From positions 178,760 through 242,759 of the forward strand of contig JACQIB010000004.1 in the NCBI GenBank assembly GCA_016198755.1: DNA of 64,000 bases, read 5' to 3'. This DNA comes from Candidatus Aenigmatarchaeota archaeon. Its GTDB lineage: Archaea; Aenigmatarchaeota; Aenigmatarchaeia; Aenigmatarchaeales; JACQIB01. Positions 36,912 to 47,047 of the stretch are shown here, piece by piece (the first letter of the stretch is position 1; every line of letters begins with the position of its first letter). The notes beneath the pieces are model-generated. The model ran no database searches. It was not told the DNA's origin and was given only the letters and a program-made list of their open reading frames with translations. The position numbers and the translations under genes were made by a program.

Positions 36912-37372
36912 GCCTGTTTAACCTGCTCAGCTAACAAAGGCTTTTTTCCGCCGAGCAAAACAATTATTTTGTCTGCAAAATCCTTAACTTCACTCTCTCC
37001 GGCAGATGTTAGAACTTTCTCACTGTCTTTTGGTATTCCGGCAGAATTTAACAGGGAAACTGCAGTACCGCTGGCTGCAACAATTTTCCCTGCATCAAAA
37101 AAATCCTTTGCCATTTTAACGGCTGCAGGGTTATTTTCCAGTCCTATAAAACCCGGAGAACAGCCAATAAAAACAACACCATCATACTCGTTTACCCTAA
37201 CCTCTTCCAGCCTCATGTTAGGTAGATAGCTTTCCCCTTTCAAAGAAACAAGAGAAGTCTTCTGCGGCCCGCAAACAAGCTGCAGAATACCTGCGGCATC
37301 TATAAGCTTGCGCAGCTCAAAGAACTCTGCATCCGGAAACCCGCGCTGGGGGGTAATTTCTATTATTAGCAT
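36908..37372 (-). CDS. DJ-1/PfpI family protein lacking the nucleophile Cys
   Basis: GFPDAEF, EYDGVVFIG, AGKIVAASGTA. Confidence 0.75.
   Translation of the reverse strand: MLIIEITPQRGFPDAEFFELRKLIDAAGILQLVCGPQKTSLVSLKGESYLPNMRLEEVRVNEYDGVVFIGCSPGFIGLENNPAAVKMAKDFFDAGKIVAASGTAVSLLNSAGIPKDSEKVLTSAGESEVKDFADKIIVLLGGKKPLLAEQVKQA
37280..37340 (+). repeat. 61-bp exact direct repeat, copy 1 (inside the PfpI gene)
   Basis: ctgcagaatacctgcggcatc...gcatccggaaac identical to 41007-41067. Confidence 0.95.
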
Positions 37373-37500
37373 TTACCACATTGGAAAAGAAGGTATAAAA
37401 AGGTATAGTTAACACTCATTGCTTTATTTACAATCTACTATATTATGATTGGGGGGAGAGTGTGAGAACCTTAAATAGTAGCGTCAAAATATTTATAAAT

Positions 37501-40500
37501 ATGTCAAAAAAACTCTCGCCTGCATCTGTTATCGTTGCTGTATTAATTGTTGCCGTTATTTTCCTGACATTTAGTGGGAATATTGTACTACATGCAGTAA
37601 CTCCGGGACAGAATGTAACAGTCTGCGACGTGATAAATGCAGCAGGGAACTACTATATGAATGCCAGTATAGGAAATAGCGGTTCTTCCACCTGCGTAGA
37701 TATAACCCAGGGCAATGTGCTCTTGGACTGCAGGGGATTTGCAATAGATGGAATCGATACTTCTGGCACAAACGGCATAAGAGCAGCAGCCACCAACAAT
37801 GTAACAATAACAAACTGCACAGTTTCAGACTGGGGAACAGGAATAGACCTGTTAGATGTAAAAAACGGGACTGTAACAAATGTTACAGCAAGCTCAAACG
37901 GAAACGGTATATATATAGCTACGCTCGGTCCTGGATCACATAGCATTTTGGTTGAAAATTCTACTCTGAACTCAAATGTGGATGGTGTACATATAGAATC
38001 TGCACATAATGTTACAATAGCCAACAGCACTGTTTTTTCTAACACCGGCTATGGAATATATGATTTTGCAGGCAATAACACAACGATATTCAACAATACC
38101 ATAAGCTTCTCTGCTCTGGATGGAATAGCCATTTTTGCCAATATAACAAACATAACAAACAACACAATAAACTCCAACACAAGATACGGCATAAACATAA
38201 CTACCACATCAGATACAAACGCTAGCATTATGGGTATGAATTTTATAAAAAATAACACAAAAGCCGGCATACGTGCCTATGGATACGGTTACTATATAAT
38301 TAACAACACTCTGCTATCAAATGGATGGGATGGCATAGAAGCGTATATAAACACTAGTGCTGTATTGAACAATACAATAACCTCAAATTTCTACAGCGGA
38401 ATTTTTCTCAATGCTTCCTATAACACAACAATACAAAACAATACATTGGCCTCTAATTCACAGGCAGGCCTGAATACCACAGACTCTAGGAACAATACAA
38501 TAAGGGGAAACATTATAAAATCCAATTCCGCGGGCGGGGTTTTCCTGAACTTCTCTTCTAACAGCAGCATGGAAGGCAATATGATATTTTCCAATTCGGC
38601 GTCAGGCATACAATTTATATTCAACAGCACAAACAACACTGTTGTAAACAATACAATACAGCTTAGCGGCCAGAATGGCATTTATATTTTAGGCAATTCC
38701 ACGAACAACTCTGTGATAAACACACTGTTGCTACAAAACAGTATAGATGCCATAAGAATAGAATCTGTTAGCAATTACACAAACATAACAGGCAACTTTA
38801 TATCAGGCAACAACCGCGGCATTTATATTACAAATACAGGCGGAACAAGGCTGCATAACAATACTATGAGCTCAGATGGCACCGGAATGTATATACAAAA
38901 CTCTGGGGGAGTAAACATGACAAACAACAGCATATCCAGTCTGAATGCAAGATTTGATGTGAGAGGATCTGTTGTTGCCGATTTTGACAACTGGATAGAC
39001 ACCAGCAATAATATAGATTTCAACCCGATATACTACTGGGTAAGGCAGTATAACCAGACAATGGATTCTGCTACAAATGCTGCCTATATAGCTGTGGTAA
39101 GCAGCAGCAACATAACTGTCAGAAATATTAACCTAAAAAATAATGCTCAGGGAATTGTATTTGTAAATGCTTCAGATTCCATAATAAACAACACTAACAC
39201 AACGTCCAGCAGCCAGTATGCGATATATATCCACCTCTCAAACAACAATAGTATTGGAAATCTGTCTGCCGGTTCTAACAGCTTAGCTGATGGCATCTAT
39301 ATGTCAAACTCGACAAACAACACTATTAAAAATATAACAATAAACAGCAATTCGCGGGGAATGAATATTTATTATTCAAACAATAACACAATTTATAACA
39401 ATACATTCAACTCTAACTCAGGCACCGGCGTAGACTTGGAAACTTCACATAACAACACTGTATCAAACAACACTATACGTTCGGGTGGCGGCCATGGTAT
39501 AATACTTGGTGGAGCGAGTAACAATACTGTCTCAAAAAATATTATCAGCCTTGTTAGAAACAGTGGTATACTTCTGCAGGTCTTCAGCAACGGCAATTAT
39601 ATAATAAACAATACACTTTCGAACAACACGCAGGAAGGGATTTTAATGACACAATCCAACAACAATACTGTTAATAACAACACTATATCATCTAATATGC
39701 AAAACGGTATATACATAACTGGTGTGAATACTGTCGGACTGAATAGTATCAACAACAGCATCAACTATAACACCATATTTTACAATGGTAACAACGGAAT
39801 TTATGCAGATACTGCCAGTGATAATAACAGTTTTACAAACAGCACGGTCTCCCACAATATCCTGAGTGGCATAAACCTTAGCCAGTCCAGTAATAATACT
39901 TTCCACAACATAATTCTCTCCAACAACACTCTATGGGACTTCTTTTCTGACAGCAATTCCATGAATAACAGCGCAACTTCAATGGCAGTTGGCTCGACAA
40001 CATTAAGCTTTAGTGGAAGAGATATTGGTTTAAAGAACTCCAGCTCACCTGCTTCATCCCCTAGCGGATATACAGCTCTTGGCAAGTATGTTAATTTGAG
40101 CAATGCTACAACTTCCTCATGGTCTATATTGAACTTTTCCTATTCTGACTCTGACATATCGGGCCTGACAGAAGGGAGTGCTATAATAGGTAGATATACT
40201 GAAAGTGCATGGGGAACTAATGTTTCTGCTTTTTCCTCGGGAGTTACAATAAACACTGCAAACAATTACATATATACAAATGTAAGCAACTTCAGCATCT
40301 TCGGTGCGTTTGCCCCCACTACTACCACTACTCCGTCTTCCCCGTCATCTACGAGCAGCGGGGGTGGAGGAGGTGGTGGATACAGCCCTTACGTACCATC
40401 TTATGATATAAAAGTGCATGCCAGTGAAACTGTTTTTAAGCTGGAAAAGAACCAAAATAAAACAATAACAGTAACTTTGGAAAATAATGGTACAGATAAT

Positions 40501-40974
40501 CTTACAGGCATAATTGTAAGGCTCATTGGGATTAACAATGCAACATATAGGGTAAATGGGCTGCCTGATTCTCTAAATGTAAATGAAAGTGTTGTCTTCA
40601 CAATTACATTTACCTCAGCAGAAGAAGCGTACAATGTAAAGAGATTATTTATAAACACAACGCAGGGTGTGCATACTGAACTGTCCCTTTCAATAACACC
40701 TGATGGTGCAACAACAACCCTGCAAAAGCAGTGCTCTGTCTGCCCTGCTGTCGGGGAATTCGGTATATGTGAAAACTTCAAACAACAACGCACAATATAC
40801 AAGTGCGGTCCTGATACAGACTATGTTTGCAAAGCAAATATAGAGGAAAGTGCATGTATACCACTAACTCCAGAGGAAAGGAAATCTGTTTCTGTTATAG
40901 CCATACTATCGATATTCTCTATAGTAATACTATTCAAACTTAAAGTACACGCTATAAGTTCCTTTGTAAAATAA
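37501..40974 (+). CDS. Asn-rich parallel beta-helix (NosD/CASH repeat) surface protein with C-terminal TM
   Basis: Many GI.L..S.NNTI.NNTI..N repeats, Ser/Gly linker, Ig-like and Cys-rich tail. Confidence 0.9.
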   Translation: MSKKLSPASVIVAVLIVAVIFLTFSGNIVLHAVTPGQNVTVCDVINAAGNYYMNASIGNSGSSTCVDITQGNVLLDCRGFAIDGIDTSGTNGIRAAATNNVTITNCTVSDWGTGIDLLDVKNGTVTNVTASSNGNGIYIATLGPGSHSILVENSTLNSNVDGVHIESAHNVTIANSTVFSNTGYGIYDFAGNNTTIFNNTISFSALDGIAIFANITNITNNTINSNTRYGINITTTSDTNASIMGMNFIKNNTKAGIRAYGYGYYIINNTLLSNGWDGIEAYINTSAVLNNTITSNFYSGIFLNASYNTTIQNNTLASNSQAGLNTTDSRNNTIRGNIIKSNSAGGVFLNFSSNSSMEGNMIFSNSASGIQFIFNSTNNTVVNNTIQLSGQNGIYILGNSTNNSVINTLLLQNSIDAIRIESVSNYTNITGNFISGNNRGIYITNTGGTRLHNNTMSSDGTGMYIQNSGGVNMTNNSISSLNARFDVRGSVVADFDNWIDTSNNIDFNPIYYWVRQYNQTMDSATNAAYIAVVSSSNITVRNINLKNNAQGIVFVNASDSIINNTNTTSSSQYAIYIHLSNNNSIGNLSAGSNSLADGIYMSNSTNNTIKNITINSNSRGMNIYYSNNNTIYNNTFNSNSGTGVDLETSHNNTVSNNTIRSGGGHGIILGGASNNTVSKNIISLVRNSGILLQVFSNGNYIINNTLSNNTQEGILMTQSNNNTVNNNTISSNMQNGIYITGVNTVGLNSINNSINYNTIFYNGNNGIYADTASDNNSFTNSTVSHNILSGINLSQSSNNTFHNIILSNNTLWDFFSDSNSMNNSATSMAVGSTTLSFSGRDIGLKNSSSPASSPSGYTALGKYVNLSNATTSSWSILNFSYSDSDISGLTEGSAIIGRYTESAWGTNVSAFSSGVTINTANNYIYTNVSNFSIFGAFAPTTTTTPSSPSSTSSGGGGGGGYSPYVPSYDIKVHASETVFKLEKNQNKTITVTLENNGTDNLTGIIVRLIGINNATYRVNGLPDSLNVNESVVFTITFTSAEEAYNVKRLFINTTQGVHTELSLSITPDGATTTLQKQCSVCPAVGEFGICENFKQQRTIYKCGPDTDYVCKANIEESACIPLTPEERKSVSVIAILSIFSIVILFKLKVHAISSFVK

Positions 40975-41006
40975 TGCTAAAATAACAATCAAAGAATGAT
41001 ATAATA

Positions 41007-41067
41007 CTGCAGAATACCTGCGGCATCTATAAGCTTGCGCAGCTCAAAGAACTCTGCATCCGGAAAC
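41007..41067 (+). repeat. 61-bp exact direct repeat, copy 2 (intergenic)
   Basis: Identical to 37280-37340. Confidence 0.95.
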
Positions 41068-41106
41068 AAAAGAGTATTTATATGCAGGTTTTGTATAAGT
41101 GTATTC

Positions 41107-42297
41107 ATGCCAGAGAAATACCATGTAAAACTGCTTATACTTGCATTGTCTATATCCATAGCAATTAATCTAGTCAGTGCTTCACATTGGATTTATATTA
41201 CTAGTGCAGAAATACTAGCTGGCCCCCCAAACTCCACGCTAGATGTTGAACATATAGTAGACAATAACTTCCATTTGGATTATAGCAATAGCACATGCGT
41301 AAACACGCATTTTTATATTGTTGCTCACATAGACGATGACTTCACTTTTTTGAACCCAGATGAAGCAATAGATTTACAGAAAACAAATGACAATATAGTA
41401 ATAATGTACCTGACTGCAGGGGACAAGGGAAGCGTATACCCAGACCCTGCAACAAGCAAGTTTTTTTGGCAGTCAAGGGAACTGGGAGGCCAGAAGGTAA
41501 TTGAAACTCTTTTAACTGAAGCAAATAAGTCATGGACAAAAATAAATGTCACAAGTATTATAGATGTGGGGGGGGCAAACAAAACATTATACAACATAAG
41601 ATACACATCTGGGAAGAGGAATATCTATGTATACTACTTCAGGCTTCCTGATGGTTTCCCAAATGGATGCGGCAGGATAAACAACGGGTTCAATTCATTG
41701 CAAAAGTTGTATATAGGTGGTAACAATTCTATAGATAGATGCAGCTCAACTGGAACATATAGCATAAATACAGTAAAATCCTGCGACCCGGAAAGACCAA
41801 ATGAATACTGCACAACGTGGAAAAAAGAGGAACTTACAACAGCAATAACCAGCATACTTAACTATAATTCAGCTCCTCAAGCATGCGATAATATAGTAAA
41901 TATTCCACATCCATTTGAAGATGAATGCTGGGCCCCTAATAATAAGCCTTATGCACATGCTGACCATGAATATACAGGCAAATTTGCATTCGATGCCTAC
42001 AATAACTTTTACAAAAACCATAATAACACTCACTATGCTGCCTATAGAACTGACACACTTGCATTCGTGCAACGCAATGTCACTAAACGGCAGAGGGATG
42101 CTGATTACTTGCTGTTTTGGAATGTTTATGCACCAGAAGTGCTTAAAAACTGGCCAAAATATGTGGATGATGAGGAGTATAAGAGCAGCGGCAGGATTTT
42201 TGAAACCTTCTACCTAAAGCAATGGAAAGCTGTTGATACTGTTTCATGCAATGCTCTACCATATCCCAATCTGGAAAATAACCCAGTATCAAAATAA
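41107..42297 (+). CDS. secreted PIG-L/LmbE family deacetylase
   Basis: Signal peptide, VAHIDDD, YLTAGD, RE, RLPDG, HADH. Confidence 0.8.
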   Translation: MPEKYHVKLLILALSISIAINLVSASHWIYITSAEILAGPPNSTLDVEHIVDNNFHLDYSNSTCVNTHFYIVAHIDDDFTFLNPDEAIDLQKTNDNIVIMYLTAGDKGSVYPDPATSKFFWQSRELGGQKVIETLLTEANKSWTKINVTSIIDVGGANKTLYNIRYTSGKRNIYVYYFRLPDGFPNGCGRINNGFNSLQKLYIGGNNSIDRCSSTGTYSINTVKSCDPERPNEYCTTWKKEELTTAITSILNYNSAPQACDNIVNIPHPFEDECWAPNNKPYAHADHEYTGKFAFDAYNNFYKNHNNTHYAAYRTDTLAFVQRNVTKRQRDADYLLFWNVYAPEVLKNWPKYVDDEEYKSSGRIFETFYLKQWKAVDTVSCNALPYPNLENNPVSK

Positions 42298-42366
42298 CAA
42301 AAGATATCCATGGAAGTTATAACTATAATACTTTGGTTTTTATACTTAATGCATAAAGCTTCTCTT

Positions 42367-43365
42367 ATGATTGAAATTGATGGAAATGATGCTGGAGGGC
42401 AGCTTGTCAGAACCGCTGTTTCTCTGAGCGCCATAACAGGAAAGGCTTTTAGGATTGTTAACATACGCGGGGCGCGACCCCAGCCTGGACTGAAAGCACA
42501 GCATATGGAAGGTATTGGAACTGTGGCAGAACTCTGTTCTGCAAAAGTTTCGGGGTTGGAGTTAGGCTCAAAAGAGCTGGAATTTATTCCTGGAAAGCTG
42601 GAACCAAAAAATTTGGAGGTTAAAATCTCTACAGCAGGTTCAATTGGATTAGTTTTGCAGTCTCTGTTAATTGATGCAACAAAGTTTGAAAAGCCTATTA
42701 ATGTTAAGTTTTCAGGCGGTGGAACATGGGGAAAGTGGGCCCCACCCATGCTTTATCTGGAAAAGGTTTTTCTGCCCTGCTTATGTTCAGGTTTAAAAAC
42801 AAAAGTTAAGAGAGAAGGTTTCTATCCTCGTGGTGGGGCAGAAGTAGAGGTTGAAATAACTCCAATTAAAGTAAAATCTATAGAGATTCTGGAGCATGGA
42901 AAGCTGCTGGAACTGAATATTTTCTCTGTTGCTGCCCAATTGGAAGGGAAAAAAGTAGCTGAGAGGCAGGCTGAGGCTGCGCGCAGTTTCCTAGAGGAGA
43001 GGATTGGGGTAAAGGTTTCTGTGAAAACAACCTATTCTGCAGCAGAAAATCCTGGCTCTGGTATTTTGATTGTTGGGAAGTGTGAAAATTCAGTGATTGG
43101 AGCTGACTCTATTGGAGAGCTAAATGTTCCAGCAGAGGAGGTTGGAAAGAGAGCTGGAAAGGATTTTTTTAATGAGTTTGCAAACGGGGCTGTAGACAGG
43201 CACTGCGCTGACATGCTTTTGCCCTATATTGCTCTGGCTGGAAAGGGAAGAATAAAAACATCAGAGATAACCCAGCATATTGTTACCAGCATAGAACTAA
43301 TAGAAAAGTTTCTGCCTGTAAAGTTTTCGATAGACAGGGAAAAGAAGATTATTTCTGTGCTATGA
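42367..43365 (+). CDS. rtcA: RNA 3'-terminal phosphate cyclase
   Basis: GGQLVRTA, PGLKAQH, TAGSIGLVLQ, GFYPRGG, DRHCAD. Confidence 0.92.
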   Translation: MIEIDGNDAGGQLVRTAVSLSAITGKAFRIVNIRGARPQPGLKAQHMEGIGTVAELCSAKVSGLELGSKELEFIPGKLEPKNLEVKISTAGSIGLVLQSLLIDATKFEKPINVKFSGGGTWGKWAPPMLYLEKVFLPCLCSGLKTKVKREGFYPRGGAEVEVEITPIKVKSIEILEHGKLLELNIFSVAAQLEGKKVAERQAEAARSFLEERIGVKVSVKTTYSAAENPGSGILIVGKCENSVIGADSIGELNVPAEEVGKRAGKDFFNEFANGAVDRHCADMLLPYIALAGKGRIKTSEITQHIVTSIELIEKFLPVKFSIDREKKIISVL

Positions 43366-43399
43366 AAGCTATTTAAAGTTTTCTTACTGTTTATTGAAC

Positions 43400-44371
43400 A
43401 TGGAACTGTCAAGAGAATTCCAAAGACCTGCAACTGTAAAACATTTTATAGGGAAGGACGATATAACAGGCTTACAGGATGCAGTGAGAGGGAGATATGT
43501 TGGCATAACGCCTCCTCTCGGTAAACCTAAAACCGGAGCTTTTGCAATGGGAAGGTTAACAGGAAGAATTAATTCTTGGGAAGGAAATGTGGATTTAGGG
43601 CTTACTGATGGCTATCAAATTAGATGGAAAGATGGTAAGTACATTATTGAATCTCTTGCATCTGGTGTAAAAGTACCTGAAACTTCTATTCTGTATACAG
43701 ATAGCACGCTTTACAGGCAGAATACTGCCCGCTTTTTGAGGGGATATGCTATTGGGAGAAGGTTTAACGAACAAATGGAAAGGGAAGAATTTGGCTGGAC
43801 TTCAGAAAAAAAGAGAGTGGTTTTCCTTGGAGGAGTACATGGAGTTGGAAAAGGGACAGCACTCTCTAAAGCAGATACAAAAGGTCTGGTAGTTAAAGGG
43901 TTCAGCGATGTAATGAAAGGGCTAATTGCTGGTGAAAGTAAAGATTCACTTAACAAAAAAAGCTATGAAGAAAGGAGAATAATGGTTGAAGGTGTATACA
44001 ATATTTTGCTGGATATAGGATCTCCGGGTGTTATTATTGACAGCCACTTTACAATGCCTATTAGAGATCCGCAGGGAATTGGAGTTGAAAGATGGGAGGT
44101 TGGACTGCCTGCACGCTATATACCGTATGTAACAGATTTTGTTGTGGTTACAGCTGATGAATCTCAGGTTTATTCCAGAAGGGCTGGAGATCCAGCTGGC
44201 AGGAGAATAACAACAAGACATTTAATTTCTGAGGAACTTGCAAACGAACTAAGCGGCGGAAGAGCAGCTGCAGGCCTTTCAGGCAGGTCACTGGTTGTTG
44301 TGGACAATAATCAAACTCCGGAAGAAGCCGGAGCACAGCTAACTGAAATATTTGCCTCTGCAGCAGACTAA
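43400..44371 (+). CDS. orphan N-terminal domain fused to an archaeal adenylate kinase-like domain
   Basis: C-terminal GGVHGVGKGT, IIDSHF, GLP, VYSRRAGD..RR. Confidence 0.75.
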   Translation: MELSREFQRPATVKHFIGKDDITGLQDAVRGRYVGITPPLGKPKTGAFAMGRLTGRINSWEGNVDLGLTDGYQIRWKDGKYIIESLASGVKVPETSILYTDSTLYRQNTARFLRGYAIGRRFNEQMEREEFGWTSEKKRVVFLGGVHGVGKGTALSKADTKGLVVKGFSDVMKGLIAGESKDSLNKKSYEERRIMVEGVYNILLDIGSPGVIIDSHFTMPIRDPQGIGVERWEVGLPARYIPYVTDFVVVTADESQVYSRRAGDPAGRRITTRHLISEELANELSGGRAAAGLSGRSLVVVDNNQTPEEAGAQLTEIFASAAD

Positions 44372-44396
44372 GTTTGGTTTATTTTAGAAAATAGTT

Positions 44397-44580
44397 TGGT
44401 GCGGGAGGCAAGATTTTCAGCCCTTTTGGGGTTTGCAAAGACCTTTTCGGAAAAGGGATTTGCTTTGAACTTGCGTAGGGACTAACCCACTAGGTTTCTC
44501 ATGCAGGTCTCTGAGCAACGCCTGCTCCTAAGCTTCGCTTAAATCATCTAGCGCCTTTGACCTGGCTGGGCCACTCCCGC
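44397..44580 (-). tRNA. tRNA-Leu(CAG) with introns at 30/31 (44517-44547), 37/38 (44496-44509) and 59/60 (44414-44463)
   Basis: GCGGGAG/CTCCCGC acceptor, long variable arm; splicing restores CTAGG-CTCAGAA-CCTAG. Confidence 0.9.
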
Positions 44581-44613
44581 AAGAAAAGTATAGGGCAGAA
44601 GGTAATAAAAGCC

Positions 44614-44892
44614 TTACTCAGCCTTTCCAGGAGCCAGTTCTTCCCCTGTATCCATGTTAATAACCTTAATAACACGCACAGGGCAGCCGTTTGCACCTGC
44701 AATAATCCTGTCAATATCATCTGTTTCAATCTCTTTAACCCACTTATCTCCTTCTACTGTTAGCTTTGTTCCCTCAACTAAATCAGCTTTAGCTTCATTA
44801 TCATTCATTGCAAAGTTCTCAGAATCAATGGAAACACATGCCCAAGCTGCTATGCAGCCTCCTCTATCATACTCTATTCTCAGCTTAACCAT
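44614..44892 (-). CDS. ferredoxin (single cluster, 3Fe-4S-like motif)
   Basis: CIAAWAC...CPVRVI. Confidence 0.85.
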   Translation of the reverse strand: MVKLRIEYDRGGCIAAWACVSIDSENFAMNDNEAKADLVEGTKLTVEGDKWVKEIETDDIDRIIAGANGCPVRVIKVINMDTGEELAPGKAE

Positions 44893-44933
44893 GCGGAAAT
44901 AAGGGTAGAGAAGGTATAAAAGCGTTTTGCAGC

Positions 44934-45272
44934 TTAGGTTTTATTCTCTCTCAGCTCTCCCAAAACCTTTTCCAGATCCTGTTTTGTAAGCCCAAATCCT
45001 GGTATTCCATTTGCACGGGAGGTTTCTTTCCCTTCATTGAAAGCTACTATTGTAGGCAAAACGTCGACAGATATTGTATTATATAGGGGGTCATCTGGAT
45101 CATCCAAAAAACACTGTGAAAACTTCAGGTTAGGATTCTCTTTTTCAGCCTTTTCAAACAAAGGAAAAAAAACCTTGCAAAAGCCGCACCAGTGTGCTGT
45201 AAACAAAACAATTGTTTTTTCTTTTTGCTTTATCTCTGTGCCTGAAAAATCTGCTTCTGAAAGGGTTATCAT
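44934..45272 (-). CDS. thioredoxin family protein
   Basis: WCGFC and LPT. Confidence 0.9.
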   Translation of the reverse strand: MITLSEADFSGTEIKQKEKTIVLFTAHWCGFCKVFFPLFEKAEKENPNLKFSQCFLDDPDDPLYNTISVDVLPTIVAFNEGKETSRANGIPGFGLTKQDLEKVLGELRENKT

Positions 45273-45309
45273 GTGAGAAGTTATGATATAAACAAGATAA
45301 ATATGTGTC

Positions 45310-46080
45310 TCAAATGCTATCTGTAAGATTCTTTATTGTTTCAGCCTTGTCGAGGAAGCCAATTGAAGGAGAGCCTTTTTGCAGGGCGCGTAATAAAGTT
45401 GCCCGCAAAAGCGAATCAAGCGTACCAGAATCTGACCAGAACCCGTCAACTTTTATTGCTTTCAGCCTTCCCTGTTTTAGGTACCAGTTGTTCACATCAG
45501 TTATTTCCAGCTCGCCCCTGCCAGAAGGCTTAAGTGTTTTTATAAAATCAAAAACATCTGCCGGGTAAATATACAGACCTGTTACAGCAAAGTTGGATTT
45601 TGGTTGGGCAGGCTTTTCCTCTATTTTTAGAATGTTTCCTGAAGAATCAAACACAGGTACACCAAAGCGTTGGGGTTTTTTCATCTCTTTCAGGAAGATA
45701 TAGGCATTGTCATCTGTAAACGCCTCTGGAGGTATGGAAACCCACTCGAAAATATTGTCCCCAAGAATTGTAATAATCTTCCCATTGTTGGAAAAGTTTT
45801 CTGTCTGCAGCAGGGCATGGGCTATTCCAAGAGCTCCATCCTGTATCTTGTATGTCAGGTTAACTCCGAGATCTGAACCGCTCCCCAAAAACCTCATAAA
45901 ATCTGCCATATACTCCCCGCCCGTTATAATACAAATATCATTTGCCCCAATACTTTTCAGAGTTTCCAGCGGATGTATTATCATTGGGCGATCGAAAACT
46001 GGCAGTAAGTGTTTGTTAGTGACCAGTGTTAATGGTCTGAGCCTCGTTCCTTCACCGCCTGCTAAAATAACTCCTTTCAT
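45310..46080 (-). CDS. rmlA: glucose-1-phosphate thymidylyltransferase
   Basis: LAGGEGTRLRPLT, LGDN, EEKP, SGRGELEITD. Confidence 0.9.
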   Translation of the reverse strand: MKGVILAGGEGTRLRPLTLVTNKHLLPVFDRPMIIHPLETLKSIGANDICIITGGEYMADFMRFLGSGSDLGVNLTYKIQDGALGIAHALLQTENFSNNGKIITILGDNIFEWVSIPPEAFTDDNAYIFLKEMKKPQRFGVPVFDSSGNILKIEEKPAQPKSNFAVTGLYIYPADVFDFIKTLKPSGRGELEITDVNNWYLKQGRLKAIKVDGFWSDSGTLDSLLRATLLRALQKGSPSIGFLDKAETIKNLTDSI

Positions 46081-46153
46081 ACTATCACCAAAATCATAAC
46101 ATGATCTTATGATATTGTAATGTTTAAATACCTAACGGACCACTGTTCTAGAT

Positions 46154-47047
46154 ATGGAAAAATTGCTGGTTATAGGAGCCGGCGGGCTTTTGGGAGGCAG
46201 GGCGTTTGAGCTGGGAAAAGGTAGGTTTGAGGTTTTTGGGACGTATAATTTCCATCCTGTAAAGGGGGAAAAAATGTTTCAGATGGATGTCACAAAAAGG
46301 CAGGAGGTTTTCAGAATTATTGAGAAAATAAAACCCAATATTATAATAGATACACACGCACTCCATCCTGTAGACTACTGTGAAACACATCCTGAAGAAA
46401 CTTGGAATATTACAGTAAATGGAACAAAGAATGTTGCGGAAGCCAGTAAAAGAGTTGGAGCTAAATATGTATTTTTTTCTACTGATTATGTTTTTGACGG
46501 AAAAAGGCTTTCATATACAGAAAAAGACAAACCAAATCCCCTGAACTATTATGGAAAGACAAAATGGGCTGCTGAAATGGTTCTGGAAGCGCTGGGAGTG
46601 AATCATATTGTTGCCCGTGCAGCCGTTCTGTATGGCATGGGAGGACATGGAAAAGTGAGCTTTGTTTCTTGGGTAATTGAAGCACTGAGGAAAGGAGAGA
46701 AGATTAATATCGTTACAGATCAACATAACAACCCGACATTTGCTGACAACCTGATTCAGATAGTGTTCAAGCTTTACGAGAAGGATTCTGAAGGACTGTT
46801 CCATATTACAGGTAAGGAGTGTTTGAGCAGATATGATTTTGCAAAACACATTGCAAAGGTGTTCGGACTGAACAGCAAGCTTATAGTACCCATAACCACA
46901 CCGGATTTGGGTCAGATATCAACTAGGCCTGAAAAAATAAATATATCAACTAAAAAGGTTGAGAGAATATCTGGTATAAAAACGATGGGAATAGATGAGG
47001 GATTAAAAACATTAAAAATGCAACTGGAGGAGAATAAAAGTGATTGA
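46154..47047 (+). CDS. rmlD: dTDP-4-dehydrorhamnose reductase
   Basis: GAGGLLG, VDYCE, STDYVFDG, YGKTK. Confidence 0.92.
   Translation: MEKLLVIGAGGLLGGRAFELGKGRFEVFGTYNFHPVKGEKMFQMDVTKRQEVFRIIEKIKPNIIIDTHALHPVDYCETHPEETWNITVNGTKNVAEASKRVGAKYVFFSTDYVFDGKRLSYTEKDKPNPLNYYGKTKWAAEMVLEALGVNHIVARAAVLYGMGGHGKVSFVSWVIEALRKGEKINIVTDQHNNPTFADNLIQIVFKLYEKDSEGLFHITGKECLSRYDFAKHIAKVFGLNSKLIVPITTPDLGQISTRPEKINISTKKVERISGIKTMGIDEGLKTLKMQLEENKSD

Noticed and set aside
41035-41106. N-terminal extension of the PIG-L ORF
   Set aside because: Derives from the duplicated 61-bp fragment; ATG 41107 follows a TATA box and begins a signal peptide
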